In this document: positions 42,318 through 52,555 of the stretch, piece after piece
Layout of the letters: the number at the start of each line of letters is the position of its first letter
How positions within the stretch are numbered: the first letter of the stretch is position 1
Assembly (NCBI GenBank): GCA_965215565.1
Contig: CBDCDZ010000004.1
Coordinates: 3,392,001-3,456,000 of the forward strand
DNA from: Trueperaceae bacterium
GTDB taxonomy: Bacteria > Deinococcota > Deinococci > Deinococcales > Trueperaceae
DNA length: 64,000 nucleotides
Reading direction: 5' to 3'
Made by a program: the position numbers and the translations under genes
Notes under the pieces: generated by a model
The model's database searches: none
What the model was told of the DNA's origin: nothing
What the model saw: only the letters and a program-made list of their open reading frames with translations

Positions 42318-44183
42318 TCACGGGCGCTCGACTTCCCACAACCCTCGTTGACGGCTAAAGGCGTCAACGCGGCTCGTCCAGGTGGTCTGCGCTGGAAAGA
42401 AGGGCGGCGCGAAGCCCTCCGCGAAGCGCGGGTCATAGCGGTAGTGGCGTGCGTAGCCGCCCGAGCCTAGCGTGCCCACCGTCTGCGACTGATCTTCAAT
42501 GAGGCTACCCAAGAGGTTGACGCGCGCCTTTTCACCGGCGACGTAGCCCCTAAACCTGTTGGGGTTGCGCGTTCCGAAGCCCGCACCACGCCGAGACGCC
42601 ATGACCGCCGCGTGCACGCCTAAGTCCTGGTTGCGCGGTCCGTCCAGCAAAACGTCGCCGCCGCTTGTGTAGATGCCGAGCACGTTCAGCGCGTCTTCTT
42701 CTCCAAAAGGGCTGTCCGTGTAGGTGAGGCTTTCCTTAATCGTGATATCGCCCGCAGCCACTAAGGTGATCTGACTTTTGGCGGCAATGTCGGGGGCGTT
42801 CGTACCGTCGCCGCCTAGATGGTCGATATCGCCGTCCACGTAAACCACGCCGCTAAAGTCGCCCGATAGAGTGCGGGTGCGCCCGTCCGCTTCGACGCGC
42901 CACGTGTCGCCCTCTCGTGTGAAGACCGTCGTCTCGCCGCGACCTTCAACCTCTTCTTGGGTCACTGCGATCACCTGCTGACCCCTCCGAGTCGAGAACG
43001 TCAGGGCTTTGGCGTCGCCCTTGACGTAGAGCCCGCCCTGCCAACGCGCCGCTCGGTTCGCGTTTTGACCGTCGCCTGCGCTGTAATACACGCCGTCTTT
43101 TAGCTCGGGGACGTTCCAAGCTGCGCGCACCTCGCGTTCGCGGCCGCTTTCGGTGGTAACGCCACCGAAAGCGGCGCGTAGTTGAGTATTGCTGCTCGTG
43201 GGCAGCGCAACCTCGTCCGCGCCGAAGCGTCCCGGTGCGCCCTGAAACACGTCGGGGTAGTCCGCTTCTCGGACGCCTGCGTGCGCCGCGCCATGCGCGG
43301 CGGTCGTGAACGTATCTAAAAAGGTAGGCACCTGCTCGCCTGAGCGTGCGAATCCCGGTCTGCCATTTGTATGAACGGGACCGCCGAAGCGTTCGCCGCC
43401 CGCGAAGTAGAGCTGAGCGCCGCCTACCGCTCGTGTGTCGTTGCGAAAGACGCTGTAGGCGCTGAAGCTCGAGCGCTCAATCGTAACGTCGAAGCGTCCC
43501 GGCGTCTCGAGCCTCACCGTGCGCGTCGCGCTGACCTCGCCGCCCGCGCGCACCTCGCCCGTCGACGTCACCGGGCTGACTCCAAAGGTGAAGCGGTAGC
43601 GCCCCGGTCCCATGAGGCGCACCTCTTCGGGGATAAGCCCGAACGCGGTGCGGTACCACGTTTCGGTACCACGCCTTTCGTCCGAGGCGACGCGGGTCTC
43701 TACGGGGTTACGTTCGCCGCCGAACGCCTCGCGCCAATACTGATTCGGCGTCGTACCTTCGGGGTAGGCGTCTCGAGGTGTATAGGCGGTGAAGAGGGAG
43801 AAGCGTTCCTCGCCCCCTGCGCCTACCGGCGCAGCTTCGCAGAGCACCACGCCCCGCCTGCGCTGCTCGGGCGTCCAGGTGTCCGGCAACTCACGCACGC
43901 TTTGGGCGCAGAAGTTCGCGGCGTGCGCTGTGACGGTGGCGTCGGTTGTATGGGCGCGAAGGCGCAACGTCTGCAGCACCCCTTCGATCTCGCCGAACTT
44001 GCTCCGGGCGCGGCTCAGCCCGGACTCGGCGGCGTACTGCGCTTGCAGCGTGACGCGCCCCTCGGCCGTGGCGCGGCGGCTCGAGAGCGCCAACGTCGAG
44101 GTGACGGCGAGCAGCGCCACGATAAGGACCATCGCCGACAAGAGAACGACGACGAACGCAATACCTTGTTGCTGCCTATGCAT
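42318..44183 (-). CDS. PilX-like (DUF4900-type) pilin-associated protein
   Basis: QG|IAFVVVL; AQYAAESGL; GPVHTNG; YDPRF---APPFFP. Confidence 0.85.
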   Translation of the reverse strand: MHRQQQGIAFVVVLLSAMVLIVALLAVTSTLALSSRRATAEGRVTLQAQYAAESGLSRARSKFGEIEGVLQTLRLRAHTTDATVTAHAANFCAQSVRELPDTWTPEQRRRGVVLCEAAPVGAGGEERFSLFTAYTPRDAYPEGTTPNQYWREAFGGERNPVETRVASDERRGTETWYRTAFGLIPEEVRLMGPGRYRFTFGVSPVTSTGEVRAGGEVSATRTVRLETPGRFDVTIERSSFSAYSVFRNDTRAVGGAQLYFAGGERFGGPVHTNGRPGFARSGEQVPTFLDTFTTAAHGAAHAGVREADYPDVFQGAPGRFGADEVALPTSSNTQLRAAFGGVTTESGREREVRAAWNVPELKDGVYYSAGDGQNANRAARWQGGLYVKGDAKALTFSTRRGQQVIAVTQEEVEGRGETTVFTREGDTWRVEADGRTRTLSGDFSGVVYVDGDIDHLGGDGTNAPDIAAKSQITLVAAGDITIKESLTYTDSPFGEEDALNVLGIYTSGGDVLLDGPRNQDLGVHAAVMASRRGAGFGTRNPNRFRGYVAGEKARVNLLGSLIEDQSQTVGTLGSGGYARHYRYDPRFAEGFAPPFFPAQTTWTSRVDAFSRQRGLWEVERP

Positions 44184-44436
44184 GAGTGGACCTCTTCAGG
44201 ATGGATTGTCGCGCTCGAGTTTCGCCCTTCCAACTCAACGCTAACGAAACATCGTGACTTTGGCTAGGAAACTTTTATCTTTGGTAGATGGACCTGCCGG
44301 AGTTCGGGCTGATTAGCCAGGTGCGTTTCCAGGACGAAAGTGTTGAGAAGAGCAGAGGTTGGCCTCGAGCTTCCTTAACGGACCTCTAAAGACGCGCTTG
44401 CCCAAAAATCCCGGTTGTGCGGTACACTTAACGCCT

Positions 44437-44964
44437 ATGGCGGACCCTCATCACCGCGCCCTTCTCTGCGCCGCGCTCCTCGCCGCCGGACGCCCGCTCG
44501 CTCACAAAGACCTCGGTGAGCTTCTAGGCGGCGCTGACGTGGCGGAGACGGTTCGCGATCTGCAGAGGACGCTCGAGGCGCAGAGCCTCGGCCTAGTCGC
44601 CGAAGAGGTGGCGGGCGGTGTCCGGCTCGTGGTTGCGCCGGCGCTCACGAACGAACTCGCCGCACTCCTCTCGCCGCCGCCCCTGCCCCAACTCTCCAAA
44701 GCCGCCGTCGAAACGCTCGCGCTCGTCGCCTATCAGCAGCCGGTCACGCGCGGCGAGCTAGAGGCGGCGCGGGGCGCGTCGTGCGCGTCGACGCTCGACA
44801 CGCTGCAAGAGCGCGAACTCATCAAAGTCGTCGGACGCAAAGAGGTCATCGGCAGACCGCTGCTCTACGGCACCACCGAGCGGTTTTTAGTGGAGTTCGG
44901 GCTGCGCTCGCTCGCCGACTTGCCCCCGCTCAGCGAGCAACCTACCGCGTTCTTGCGCGGCTAA
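44437..44964 (+). CDS. scpB: SMC-Scp complex subunit ScpB
   Basis: LSKAAVETLALVAYQQPVTRGE...GRPLLYGTTERFL; TACACT box before ATG 44437. Confidence 0.95.
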   Translation: MADPHHRALLCAALLAAGRPLAHKDLGELLGGADVAETVRDLQRTLEAQSLGLVAEEVAGGVRLVVAPALTNELAALLSPPPLPQLSKAAVETLALVAYQQPVTRGELEAARGASCASTLDTLQERELIKVVGRKEVIGRPLLYGTTERFLVEFGLRSLADLPPLSEQPTAFLRG

Positions 44965-45045
44965 GGTTGCCGCTCCGCCGCGCCGTTCCTAGCCCTGCGA
45001 TGAGTCAGGAGAGGTGCCCATATGTCCGTTCATTCCAAAACGGTA

Positions 45046-45921
45046 TTATCTGAGCGTCTCGAGCCACGCCGCTAAAGCCCGCCCGATCTCGTTCGGTCTA
45101 TCCTCGGGCAAAAAGTGCAACCCCGCCCCGACATCCACCGCCGTGAGGTTGGGGAGCGCCTTGCACCACGCCACCTCGTCCTCACTGATAATCGCCCCCG
45201 GCTGTGCGTAGAGGAGGAGCTTGGGGACGGCTGAGGTCTCTAGATATCTGTGATAGCCGTCCACAATCTCAGCTACGTCCGCAGGCTCACCCTCAATTGG
45301 AATCTCCCTGACCGCTTGCAGGATGGGTTTGCGGTCTCGCTCCTCTAAAAAGGGCGCGCGGTAAGCGTCCATCTCCTCTTCAGATAACTCGCGCAGGGTG
45401 CCACCGGGTAGGACGGTCTCGAGAAAGAAGTTCTCCTCTAAAATCATCCGCTCGCCGACGCCTTCCGTGCGCAACCTCTTAAACATCTCCTGTGAGTCTT
45501 CGTCAAAGTCAGCCCAAGTATTCGTGTGAAGGTGCCCCTCTATTAGCGCCACCGCTCTGACGTTACCCGGATAGCGCGTGAGGTAGTGGAGCCCGACCGC
45601 AACGCCCCAGTCGTGCATGACGAACGTGAGGTTATCGAGACCTAACGTTTTGATAAAAGCGTCCACGTAGTCGATGTGCTCAACCAGACGATACGAACTA
45701 TCCGGCTTGCCCGACGCGCCCATGCCGATGAGGTCAGGGGCGAGGCAGCGCCCCTTATCCGCCACGTGCGGGATGACGTTGCGCCACAAGTAGGATGAGG
45801 TCGGGTTGCCGTGCAGGAAGAGGATAGGGCTGCCCTGCCCAGCCTCCAAGTAGTGCATGGACGATTCTTTGACCACGACGGTTTTTGAGGTCAAACGCTC
45901 GGGAATAGAAGCGCCAAACAC
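45046..45921 (-). CDS. Haloalkane dehalogenase (alpha/beta hydrolase)
   Basis: LHGNPTSSYLWRN, PDLIGMG, HDWG and GLHFLPED motifs. Confidence 0.92.
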   Translation of the reverse strand: MFGASIPERLTSKTVVVKESSMHYLEAGQGSPILFLHGNPTSSYLWRNVIPHVADKGRCLAPDLIGMGASGKPDSSYRLVEHIDYVDAFIKTLGLDNLTFVMHDWGVAVGLHYLTRYPGNVRAVALIEGHLHTNTWADFDEDSQEMFKRLRTEGVGERMILEENFFLETVLPGGTLRELSEEEMDAYRAPFLEERDRKPILQAVREIPIEGEPADVAEIVDGYHRYLETSAVPKLLLYAQPGAIISEDEVAWCKALPNLTAVDVGAGLHFLPEDRPNEIGRALAAWLETLR

Positions 45922-45924
45922 CGC

Positions 45925-46542
45925 TTACCTGCGCGCCTTATTCGCGTGCGGAAAAGGAATCTCAGGACGCGCCAAGCCGAGAAACCCCGCCAACTCGCCC
46001 CAGCCGTCACCCTCTTCCCAGCAGACTTCTAAGAGGTCGTTAGGGCGCGCTCTGAAGTAGTTTCTGACCTCTTCCAAATGCTTTTCGTAAAAGCGGATGT
46101 GTTCGTCCCTATGCTCATGTGGCGTGGCGTAGCCGTAGATGACCTTTCGAAACCGAGTCGGACCCGTCAGTTCGGCGTGCTTGCGCAGGCTTTCAAACCA
46201 GGTTTCGGGGTCTTTGCGCCTCGTCAGGATGAACTTCGTACCTGGAAAAGTTCGGTCGAACTCCCTGTAGAGGAGGGGCCAGGGCCAGTCTTCGAAGCTG
46301 TCGAAGTGGCTGGCTTGTTCTAGCACGCGCATGTAGTCTCGCTCGCGCCACGCTCTGAATGCCTCCACGCTGTAAGAGGTGTGTTTCATGCCCCAGTGCT
46401 GCAAGCACACGCCCAAGGTGGACGTGCCCGTTTTGTTGAGACCGACGCCGACTATCTTGCCTCTATCTTCCATCTCTGGACCGCTCCCCTTCATTCGATT
46501 TCGCGCCGCTTGCGCTGCGAGGTGACCTGCGATGATAAACAT
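45925..46542 (-). CDS. Sulfotransferase family protein
   Basis: PAPS-binding GVGLNKTGTSTL; KFILTRR...W-ES; GW--L--FLG...FPHAN. Confidence 0.85.
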   Translation of the reverse strand: MFIIAGHLAAQAARNRMKGSGPEMEDRGKIVGVGLNKTGTSTLGVCLQHWGMKHTSYSVEAFRAWRERDYMRVLEQASHFDSFEDWPWPLLYREFDRTFPGTKFILTRRKDPETWFESLRKHAELTGPTRFRKVIYGYATPHEHRDEHIRFYEKHLEEVRNYFRARPNDLLEVCWEEGDGWGELAGFLGLARPEIPFPHANKARR

Positions 46543-46705
46543 ACATTACCTCCGTTTTTCGCGCCCATCCTTGCTTTCGCTACGCTTTGACCTCTTTTAC
46601 GTTTTAGCTTTACTTCATGTATTGGCTTCTGCTTCTTTCACCCTCTCGCCTCACTTGACCCTTTTCTTATACGAATCTTCTACTTCCTACGACCTTTCTA
46701 ACTTC

Positions 46706-47481
46706 GGTAGTGGCTCAACACGAACTGCTAAGCTAAGGGATGGTTACTCAGACAGTACAGTGTTATCACTGCGGCAGCGAGAACGTAAAGAAGAACGGCA
46801 AAGCCCCTAATGGCAAACAGCGCTACCACTGTAAGGAATGCAACCGAGCGAGTTTAGAGAACCCAAATTACGGCTACAGTAAAGAGAGAAAGGAAGAGAT
46901 TCTTAAAGCTTATCAAGAGCGCTCTAGTATGCGCGGTGTCGCTAGAACGTTTGGGATATCACGTAACACACTGGACGCCTGGCTCAAAAAAAGCCAAGAT
47001 AACGCCTCCCCTTAGCGATACACTCATAGCTCCTAAAGTACCTGGAGCTGTAGAGCTTGAACTCGACGAAATGTGGTCGTTTGTAAGCTGCAAAGCTAAA
47101 AAGCTCTGGATATGGCTGGCTCTTTGCAAACAGACCAGGCAAGTCGTTGCTTGCGTCATAGGAGGACGCGGTAGCGCTACGTGCAAGAAGCTTTGGGGCA
47201 ACGTACCTAACGCCTACAAAAAAGGTCTCGTCTTCAGTGACTTTTGGGAAGCTTATCAAGCTGTTATCCCCGACGAGCAACATCAGGCTGTCGGCAAAGA
47301 AACTGGACTTACGGCTCACGTTGAACGTTTCAACAACACAATTCGTCAGCGCCTCGCCCGCTTTGTCAGAAAGACCTTGTCCTTCTCTAAAGCCCAGCAC
47401 ATGCACCTTATCTGCCTGCATATGTTCCTCGTTAGCTACAACCTGGAGGTTAAGGTTGGCAGTCTGAGGTGAGCCACTACC
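46706..47481 (+). mobile_element. IS1-family insertion sequence, apparently intact, 8-bp target duplication
   Basis: Inverted repeats GGTAGTGGCTCA / TGAGCCACTACC; direct repeat CTAACTTC at 46698 and 47482. Confidence 0.95.
46740..47472 (+). CDS. IS1 transposase InsA-InsB, joined by a -1 frameshift
   Basis: InsA zinc finger (CYHC...CKEC) and HTH; InsB ELDEMWSFV, SDFW, HVERFN; slippery A-AAA-AAG at ~46986-46993. Confidence 0.92.
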
Positions 47482-47554
47482 CTAACTTCATTGCTCCAAC
47501 CTTATCGGCACTTTTTCTCGTGGGGTTTCTCGAGTGCGTCCTTCAGAAAATTAT

Positions 47555-47581
47555 CTGAATCGATTTTCTAAATCGTTTCAG
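47555..47581. promoter_or_regulatory. Two tandem LacI-type operator-like sites over the regulator promoter
   Basis: CTGAATCGATTTTC and CTAAATCGTTTCAG, each with a central CG and A/T-rich flanks, just before a TATAAG box. Confidence 0.5.
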
Positions 47582-47600
47582 TAGTATAAGATGAAGCTCT

Positions 47601-48719
47601 ATGCATGTCAAATCTTCTCGCCGCGTCACGCTGAAAGCTATCGCCGAAGACTTGGGCGTCGCGCTTTCCACTGTCTCGAACGCCTACAACCGCCCCAACC
47701 AGCTTTCGCCGGAGTTGCGCATAAAAATTTTAGAGCGTGCCAAAGAACTCGGTTACGCTGGACCTGATCCGGTGGCGGCGAGCCTGCGCCGAGGCAAGAC
47801 GGGCGCGGTGGGACTCGTCTTTCCCAACTCGCTCTCGTATACCTTCACCGACCCCATTGCGGTCTCATTCGTGCGGGGCGTCGCGGGTGAGGTGGAGCGG
47901 GCGGGCTACGGTCTGCTGCTCGTCGGCGGGTTTTCTGCGGAGGACGGGGTTGATGAAACCGGGGGAGAGGTTAGCGGGTCACGGCGCGAGACCTTCTTGG
48001 CGGCGGAGGCAAACGTAGACGGGTTCGTGCTCTACAACCTCTCGAGCCGTGACCCTCTTTTAGACACTGCGCTGGGACGCAATCTACCCACTATTCTTGT
48101 AGATAACCCAGATATCGCGGGCGTTCCCTCGGTGATTGTTGAGGACGAGTTAGGAGCGTATAGAGCGGCGGAGCACCTGCTCAGTCTGGGTCACAAAAGG
48201 TTGGGGGTGATTTCGCTCGAGCTAGACCTGAGTGCGAAGGGTGCGCTGATCGGCCCAGCGCGGCAACGAGAGGCTGCCTACCGCCCAACCCAGACCCGCT
48301 TGCGAGGTTACGCCGCCGCTGTGAGCGCCGCCGGGCTCGCCTGGGACGAGGTGCTCGTTTACGAAACGGAGGACAACTCTGTAAAACAGGGGCGAAAAGC
48401 TGCGGCGGCGCTCCTCAGCCAACCTTGGGCCCCAACCGCCTTTCTTGTAATGAGCGACCAGCTCGCCTTGGGCGCGCTCGCACTCGCCACCGAACGGGGC
48501 GTCCGCGTGCCCGTTGACCTCTCCATCGTCGGCTACGACGACAGCGTCCTCGCGGCGCAAGCGACGCCGCCACTGACGACGGTGCGACAACCTTATGTCG
48601 AGAAGGGGCGCATCGCCGGGGAGATGCTTTTGGCGCGGCTGCGAGGTGAAACGCCCACCTCGAGAAGTCTAAAAACAGAGCTGGTGGTAAGAGGCTCGAG
48701 TGGGCGGGTGCAGCGCTAG
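47601..48719 (+). CDS. LacI family transcriptional regulator
   Basis: TLKAIAEDLGVALSTVSNAYN; DLSIVGYDD; LTTVRQP. Confidence 0.95.
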   Translation: MHVKSSRRVTLKAIAEDLGVALSTVSNAYNRPNQLSPELRIKILERAKELGYAGPDPVAASLRRGKTGAVGLVFPNSLSYTFTDPIAVSFVRGVAGEVERAGYGLLLVGGFSAEDGVDETGGEVSGSRRETFLAAEANVDGFVLYNLSSRDPLLDTALGRNLPTILVDNPDIAGVPSVIVEDELGAYRAAEHLLSLGHKRLGVISLELDLSAKGALIGPARQREAAYRPTQTRLRGYAAAVSAAGLAWDEVLVYETEDNSVKQGRKAAAALLSQPWAPTAFLVMSDQLALGALALATERGVRVPVDLSIVGYDDSVLAAQATPPLTTVRQPYVEKGRIAGEMLLARLRGETPTSRSLKTELVVRGSSGRVQR

Positions 48720-48833
48720 GGGCGGCGAGAGCGGGCTGCGCATAGATTCGGTGAGGTGATGAGGCGAACTGTAGCGCTTTTTCTCCTCATCTGCCTCTCG
48801 CATTCCCCTTCACTTCAAGGTAAAGTATCCCTC

Positions 48834-49472
48834 ATGCCTTTCTATCGTTTTGGAGGGGGCTGGCTCGAGCTAATTGTCGGTCCCATGTTTTCAGGCAAGT
48901 CCGAAGAGTTAATCCGCCGCGTGACCCGCGCGTTTATCGCCAAACAAAAGGTCCAGGTCTTCAAGCCCGCCTTGGATACGCGCTATGACGCGGTGTCGGT
49001 GGCGTCGCACAACGGGCGCACTTTAGAGGCAGTAGCCGTGCGCGACGCTGGGGAGATGCGCGAGAGGCTGGAGCCGCAGACGCAAGTCGTCGCCATCGAC
49101 GAGGGACAATTTTTAGGGGATGAACTCGTCTCTTTAGCCCTAGACCTCGCGGATGAGGGCAAGCGCGTCATGATTGCGGGGCTCGATCTAGACTTTCGCG
49201 GCGAACCCTTCGGCGTGATGCCGCAGCTTTTGGCGCGAGCGGAGTCGGTGACGAAACTCACCGCCATCTGCAAGTGCACCCACGCCGCGACGCGCACTCA
49301 GCGGCTCATCGGCGGTCATCCGGCGCACTACGGCGACCCCGTCATTTTAGTCGGCGCGGCGGAGAGCTACGAGCCGCGCTGCCGCGCCTGTCACCGTGTG
49401 CCGCGCACGGAGCGGGCGACGCCGCTCTTCAAAATCGGGGCGCAGCGCGAGAAAGATGGGCTCGAGCGTTAG
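48834..49472 (+). CDS. tdk: Thymidine kinase
   Basis: [28 protein letters not shown] and YEPRCRAC motifs. Confidence 0.96.
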   Translation: MPFYRFGGGWLELIVGPMFSGKSEELIRRVTRAFIAKQKVQVFKPALDTRYDAVSVASHNGRTLEAVAVRDAGEMRERLEPQTQVVAIDEGQFLGDELVSLALDLADEGKRVMIAGLDLDFRGEPFGVMPQLLARAESVTKLTAICKCTHAATRTQRLIGGHPAHYGDPVILVGAAESYEPRCRACHRVPRTERATPLFKIGAQREKDGLER

Positions 49473-49679
49473 ATTCTTCGGGACACTCGCTACATATTTT
49501 CTGGTATAGTTGTACTGCTGAAAGGTCTTGCGCGTAGGCGGAAGCGGTGTTGCGTCTCTCGCGGCTGCCGCGTACACGAAGCGTAGTACATAAAGTGTGG
49601 TACACCGCTCAGGTCCACCTGAAACGAGAAAGGGGTAGATTGTGTTCTCTGACACCAGCCTCGAGCTATACTTAGCCCC

Positions 49680-51041
49680 GTGGCGGAACCTCAGTTGATA
49701 CCCTTTCACGAAGCCTTGGAGCGTGCACTGAACGTAATGTGCCACCTTTTTGGCGTGCCCATCGTGCTCGTCGGGAGTGAGGAGGCAGCATACGCGCGTG
49801 GCTTAGACGCGCCTCAGCAAGCGACGCTTTGGGCGTTCGTGCGTGAGGTCGGTGCTCCCGAAGGGACCGCCGGAGACGTGCGCGTGATCCTCGACGCCGA
49901 AAGGGACCCGCGCACCGCCCAGCACGCCGCTGTCCGGCGGCTAGGGCTCCGCTTCTACGCGGGTACGTCTTTGGGCGGGCAGCATTTCTGCGTCGCCCAC
50001 CGCGAGCCGCGCGAGCATTTTGGCGAGGCGGAGCGCGCCGTGCTCTTAGACGCCGCCACGCTAAACCTCGAGCGCCACGCCCTCCACCTCACTGCTGCCG
50101 CGCTCAGGGGCAGCCGCGAGTTCAACCGGAAGATGCTCGAGAGCATTCAGGACTGCATCAAAGTTTTGGACCTAGACGGCGCGCTACTCTATATGAGCCC
50201 GAACGGGCAAAAGGCGCTAGAGCTTGACGACGTGGACGACTTTTTGGGAAAGCCTTGGCTCGAGTTGTGGCACGGCGCGGACACCGAGGACGCGCGGCGG
50301 GCACTGCAGAGCGCTAGGGAAAACGGAACGGGACGCTTCCAAGAATCTTTGGCGACGGCGAAAGGCGAGCCCAGATTCTGGGACGTCCGGGTCACACCCA
50401 TGCTAGACGCCCAAGGCGAGCCCGAAAAGCTCCTGCTCGTCTCCAGGGATATCACCCAGCAGAAGCGGCGCGAAGACGAGTTGGAGAGCGTGCGTGAACA
50501 GCTCCAGCTCGCGAATATGAAGCTCGAGCACGACACCTTACACGATATGCTCACGGGACTGCCGAACCGCAAGCTCTTCGCCGAGCACGTCTGGACCGCG
50601 ATCAGCCGCTTAGAGCGTCATCCGGGGCAGCGTTACGCAGTGCTCTTTCTCGACTTCGACGACTTCAAACGGGTCAACGACACGTTTGGGCACGGCGTCG
50701 GCGACGAGTTATTAGTAGCTATCGCTGAACGACTCAAGCACGTGGTTCGTCCCTCGGATATCGTCGCGCGACTTGCCGGGGACGAATTCACGGTGCTCCT
50801 TAGCGACGTGCAGAGTGAACGTGACGCGGCGCAAGCGGCGGAGCGCATCGCCCAAGCGTTCGCCGAGCCGCTAGAACTGAGCGACGAAACCCTGCGCGTG
50901 ACCGTGAGCATCGGCATCGTCGTGAGCGAGCCGCGCTACCGCCAACCCGAAGCGATTCTGCGCGACGCAGATGCAGCGATGTACCGCGCAAAAGCGGCGG
51001 GTAAGGCGCGCTACGCCGTATTCAGACCTGCGCCGAACTGA
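49680..51041 (+). CDS. GAF-PAS diguanylate cyclase (AGDEF variant)
   Basis: HD-LTGLPNR, DFDDFK-VND--GH--GD, ARLAGDEF and ADAAMYRAK motifs. Confidence 0.92.
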   Translation: MAEPQLIPFHEALERALNVMCHLFGVPIVLVGSEEAAYARGLDAPQQATLWAFVREVGAPEGTAGDVRVILDAERDPRTAQHAAVRRLGLRFYAGTSLGGQHFCVAHREPREHFGEAERAVLLDAATLNLERHALHLTAAALRGSREFNRKMLESIQDCIKVLDLDGALLYMSPNGQKALELDDVDDFLGKPWLELWHGADTEDARRALQSARENGTGRFQESLATAKGEPRFWDVRVTPMLDAQGEPEKLLLVSRDITQQKRREDELESVREQLQLANMKLEHDTLHDMLTGLPNRKLFAEHVWTAISRLERHPGQRYAVLFLDFDDFKRVNDTFGHGVGDELLVAIAERLKHVVRPSDIVARLAGDEFTVLLSDVQSERDAAQAAERIAQAFAEPLELSDETLRVTVSIGIVVSEPRYRQPEAILRDADAAMYRAKAAGKARYAVFRPAPN

Positions 51042-51076
51042 GGCGAACGGTAGAGGCGGACAACACGTAAAGAAGT

Positions 51077-52432
51077 TCAGCGTCTTTGCGGCTCGAGCCT
51101 GCCCACCTGGGCGCGTTCGTCGCGGGCTTCGAGCCCCACCACGACGGGCTGCACCTTGAGCCAGAGCCACGCCACCTGTACGCCGCTCCCGACGACGAAC
51201 GCCGCCACGCCGACGTAGAGCCCCGCCACGCCCTCCCACAGCACGCCGCCCACGAGAATAACCGCGCTTACGGCTAAAGACAGCGCGACGGACTGCACGA
51301 CGCTACCCGTCCGCTTGCCGTGCACGATAAGCCCCTGATACCAGTTTTGCAGCACGCTGAGGCTGGGCCACAGGAGCGCGAACCAGAGGCCCGACTGCGC
51401 GAGCCGCGCGAGCCCAGGCTCCAACCCCGCAACGTTCTCGAACCAGAACGTGCTAAGAGGTGTCGCCGCGATGAGGAGGAGCGCTCCGAAAATGCCTACG
51501 GTGAGCAGCCAGGTGAAACGGCGCAAGCTCACCAGTGACTGTGGCTCGTCCGCGAGCGCCACGACGACTTCGTTATACGCCATGCCCAAACTCCGAAACA
51601 CGAAGATAAAGCCGCTCAGGATAGGCCAAGCCGCGAGCGACTCCAGTGCCCGCGGCATCCGCCCGAGCGCCGCGCTGCCGAGCGGTTGCGTGAGTAAAAG
51701 GAGAGAAGAGGTGGCGGCGAGCGGAATATAAAAGCTGTAAAACGCGGACCAGGTGAGGTCTTCCGCAGTGGGCGCTTCCCTAAGCTCCCGCAGCGCCGGG
51801 CGCACCCGCCAGCCGATGTAAACCATCTCGGTGAGGACGCCCGCCGCGATGCCCGCCGCGCCTATGACGATGCCGGGCACCCCTCCTACCCAAAGCGCCA
51901 CACCTACCCCTACGCCCATCGCCACGATATTCGCGCAGAGGCGGATGAGCGTGCCCGTGCTGACTGCCCTCGACTGCCCGAAACGGATCAGCACCCCTTG
52001 ATGAAAGCGGCGGTGCGCGATGCTCCAGGTCCAGGGCAAGATGACCATAAGCCCTAAACGCGCGGGCGCTATGACCTCTTGCGGCGGGCTGAGCGCCGCC
52101 ACGATGACGAGGTCATAAAGCGGCGTGAAAACGAGCAGTACGTGGAGCAGCGTGAGCAGACCCCCCGAGACCATCATGAAGCGGTAGATTTTCTGGTACG
52201 ACGCCCAATCTTTACTGAGCGCCGTCGAAGTCGCGAGCAGCATGATGATAGGCGCTTCGATGATGAGCGCGATAGGGAAGACGACGCCCCCTAGCGCAGC
52301 TAAGTTGACCGTCGGCTCAGCCAGGCGCGCGATGACCGCGCCCACGAGCGGCTGCTCTAAGCCCATGAAGAGCCAGCTTATAGCGAGGGGCCACCAAGTT
52401 CTAAAGACGTGAGTAAGGGATAGGGCGTGCAT
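51077..52432 (-). CDS. MATE/MOP-superfamily multi-pass transporter
   Basis: About 12 TM helices; W-PLA repeated in both halves. Confidence 0.75.
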   Translation of the reverse strand: MHALSLTHVFRTWWPLAISWLFMGLEQPLVGAVIARLAEPTVNLAALGGVVFPIALIIEAPIIMLLATSTALSKDWASYQKIYRFMMVSGGLLTLLHVLLVFTPLYDLVIVAALSPPQEVIAPARLGLMVILPWTWSIAHRRFHQGVLIRFGQSRAVSTGTLIRLCANIVAMGVGVGVALWVGGVPGIVIGAAGIAAGVLTEMVYIGWRVRPALRELREAPTAEDLTWSAFYSFYIPLAATSSLLLLTQPLGSAALGRMPRALESLAAWPILSGFIFVFRSLGMAYNEVVVALADEPQSLVSLRRFTWLLTVGIFGALLLIAATPLSTFWFENVAGLEPGLARLAQSGLWFALLWPSLSVLQNWYQGLIVHGKRTGSVVQSVALSLAVSAVILVGGVLWEGVAGLYVGVAAFVVGSGVQVAWLWLKVQPVVVGLEARDERAQVGRLEPQRR

Positions 52433-52555
52433 GACGGCGTTTATGGTACCCGCTCGAGTGCGTGGAGATTGCGGTGCTGGGGGTGTTTAAGTTCGAAGCA
52501 ATGCGTTGAAAGCATTTGAAAAAGTTGAAAGGTTCCTAAATACAAAGTTCATGGT

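Noticed and set aside
43371..44267. Long antisense ORFs over GC-rich genes (also 10229-11155, 15716-16552, 56855-57613)
   Set aside because: Expected shadows of high-GC codon usage opposite well-supported genes; no recognisable motifs.
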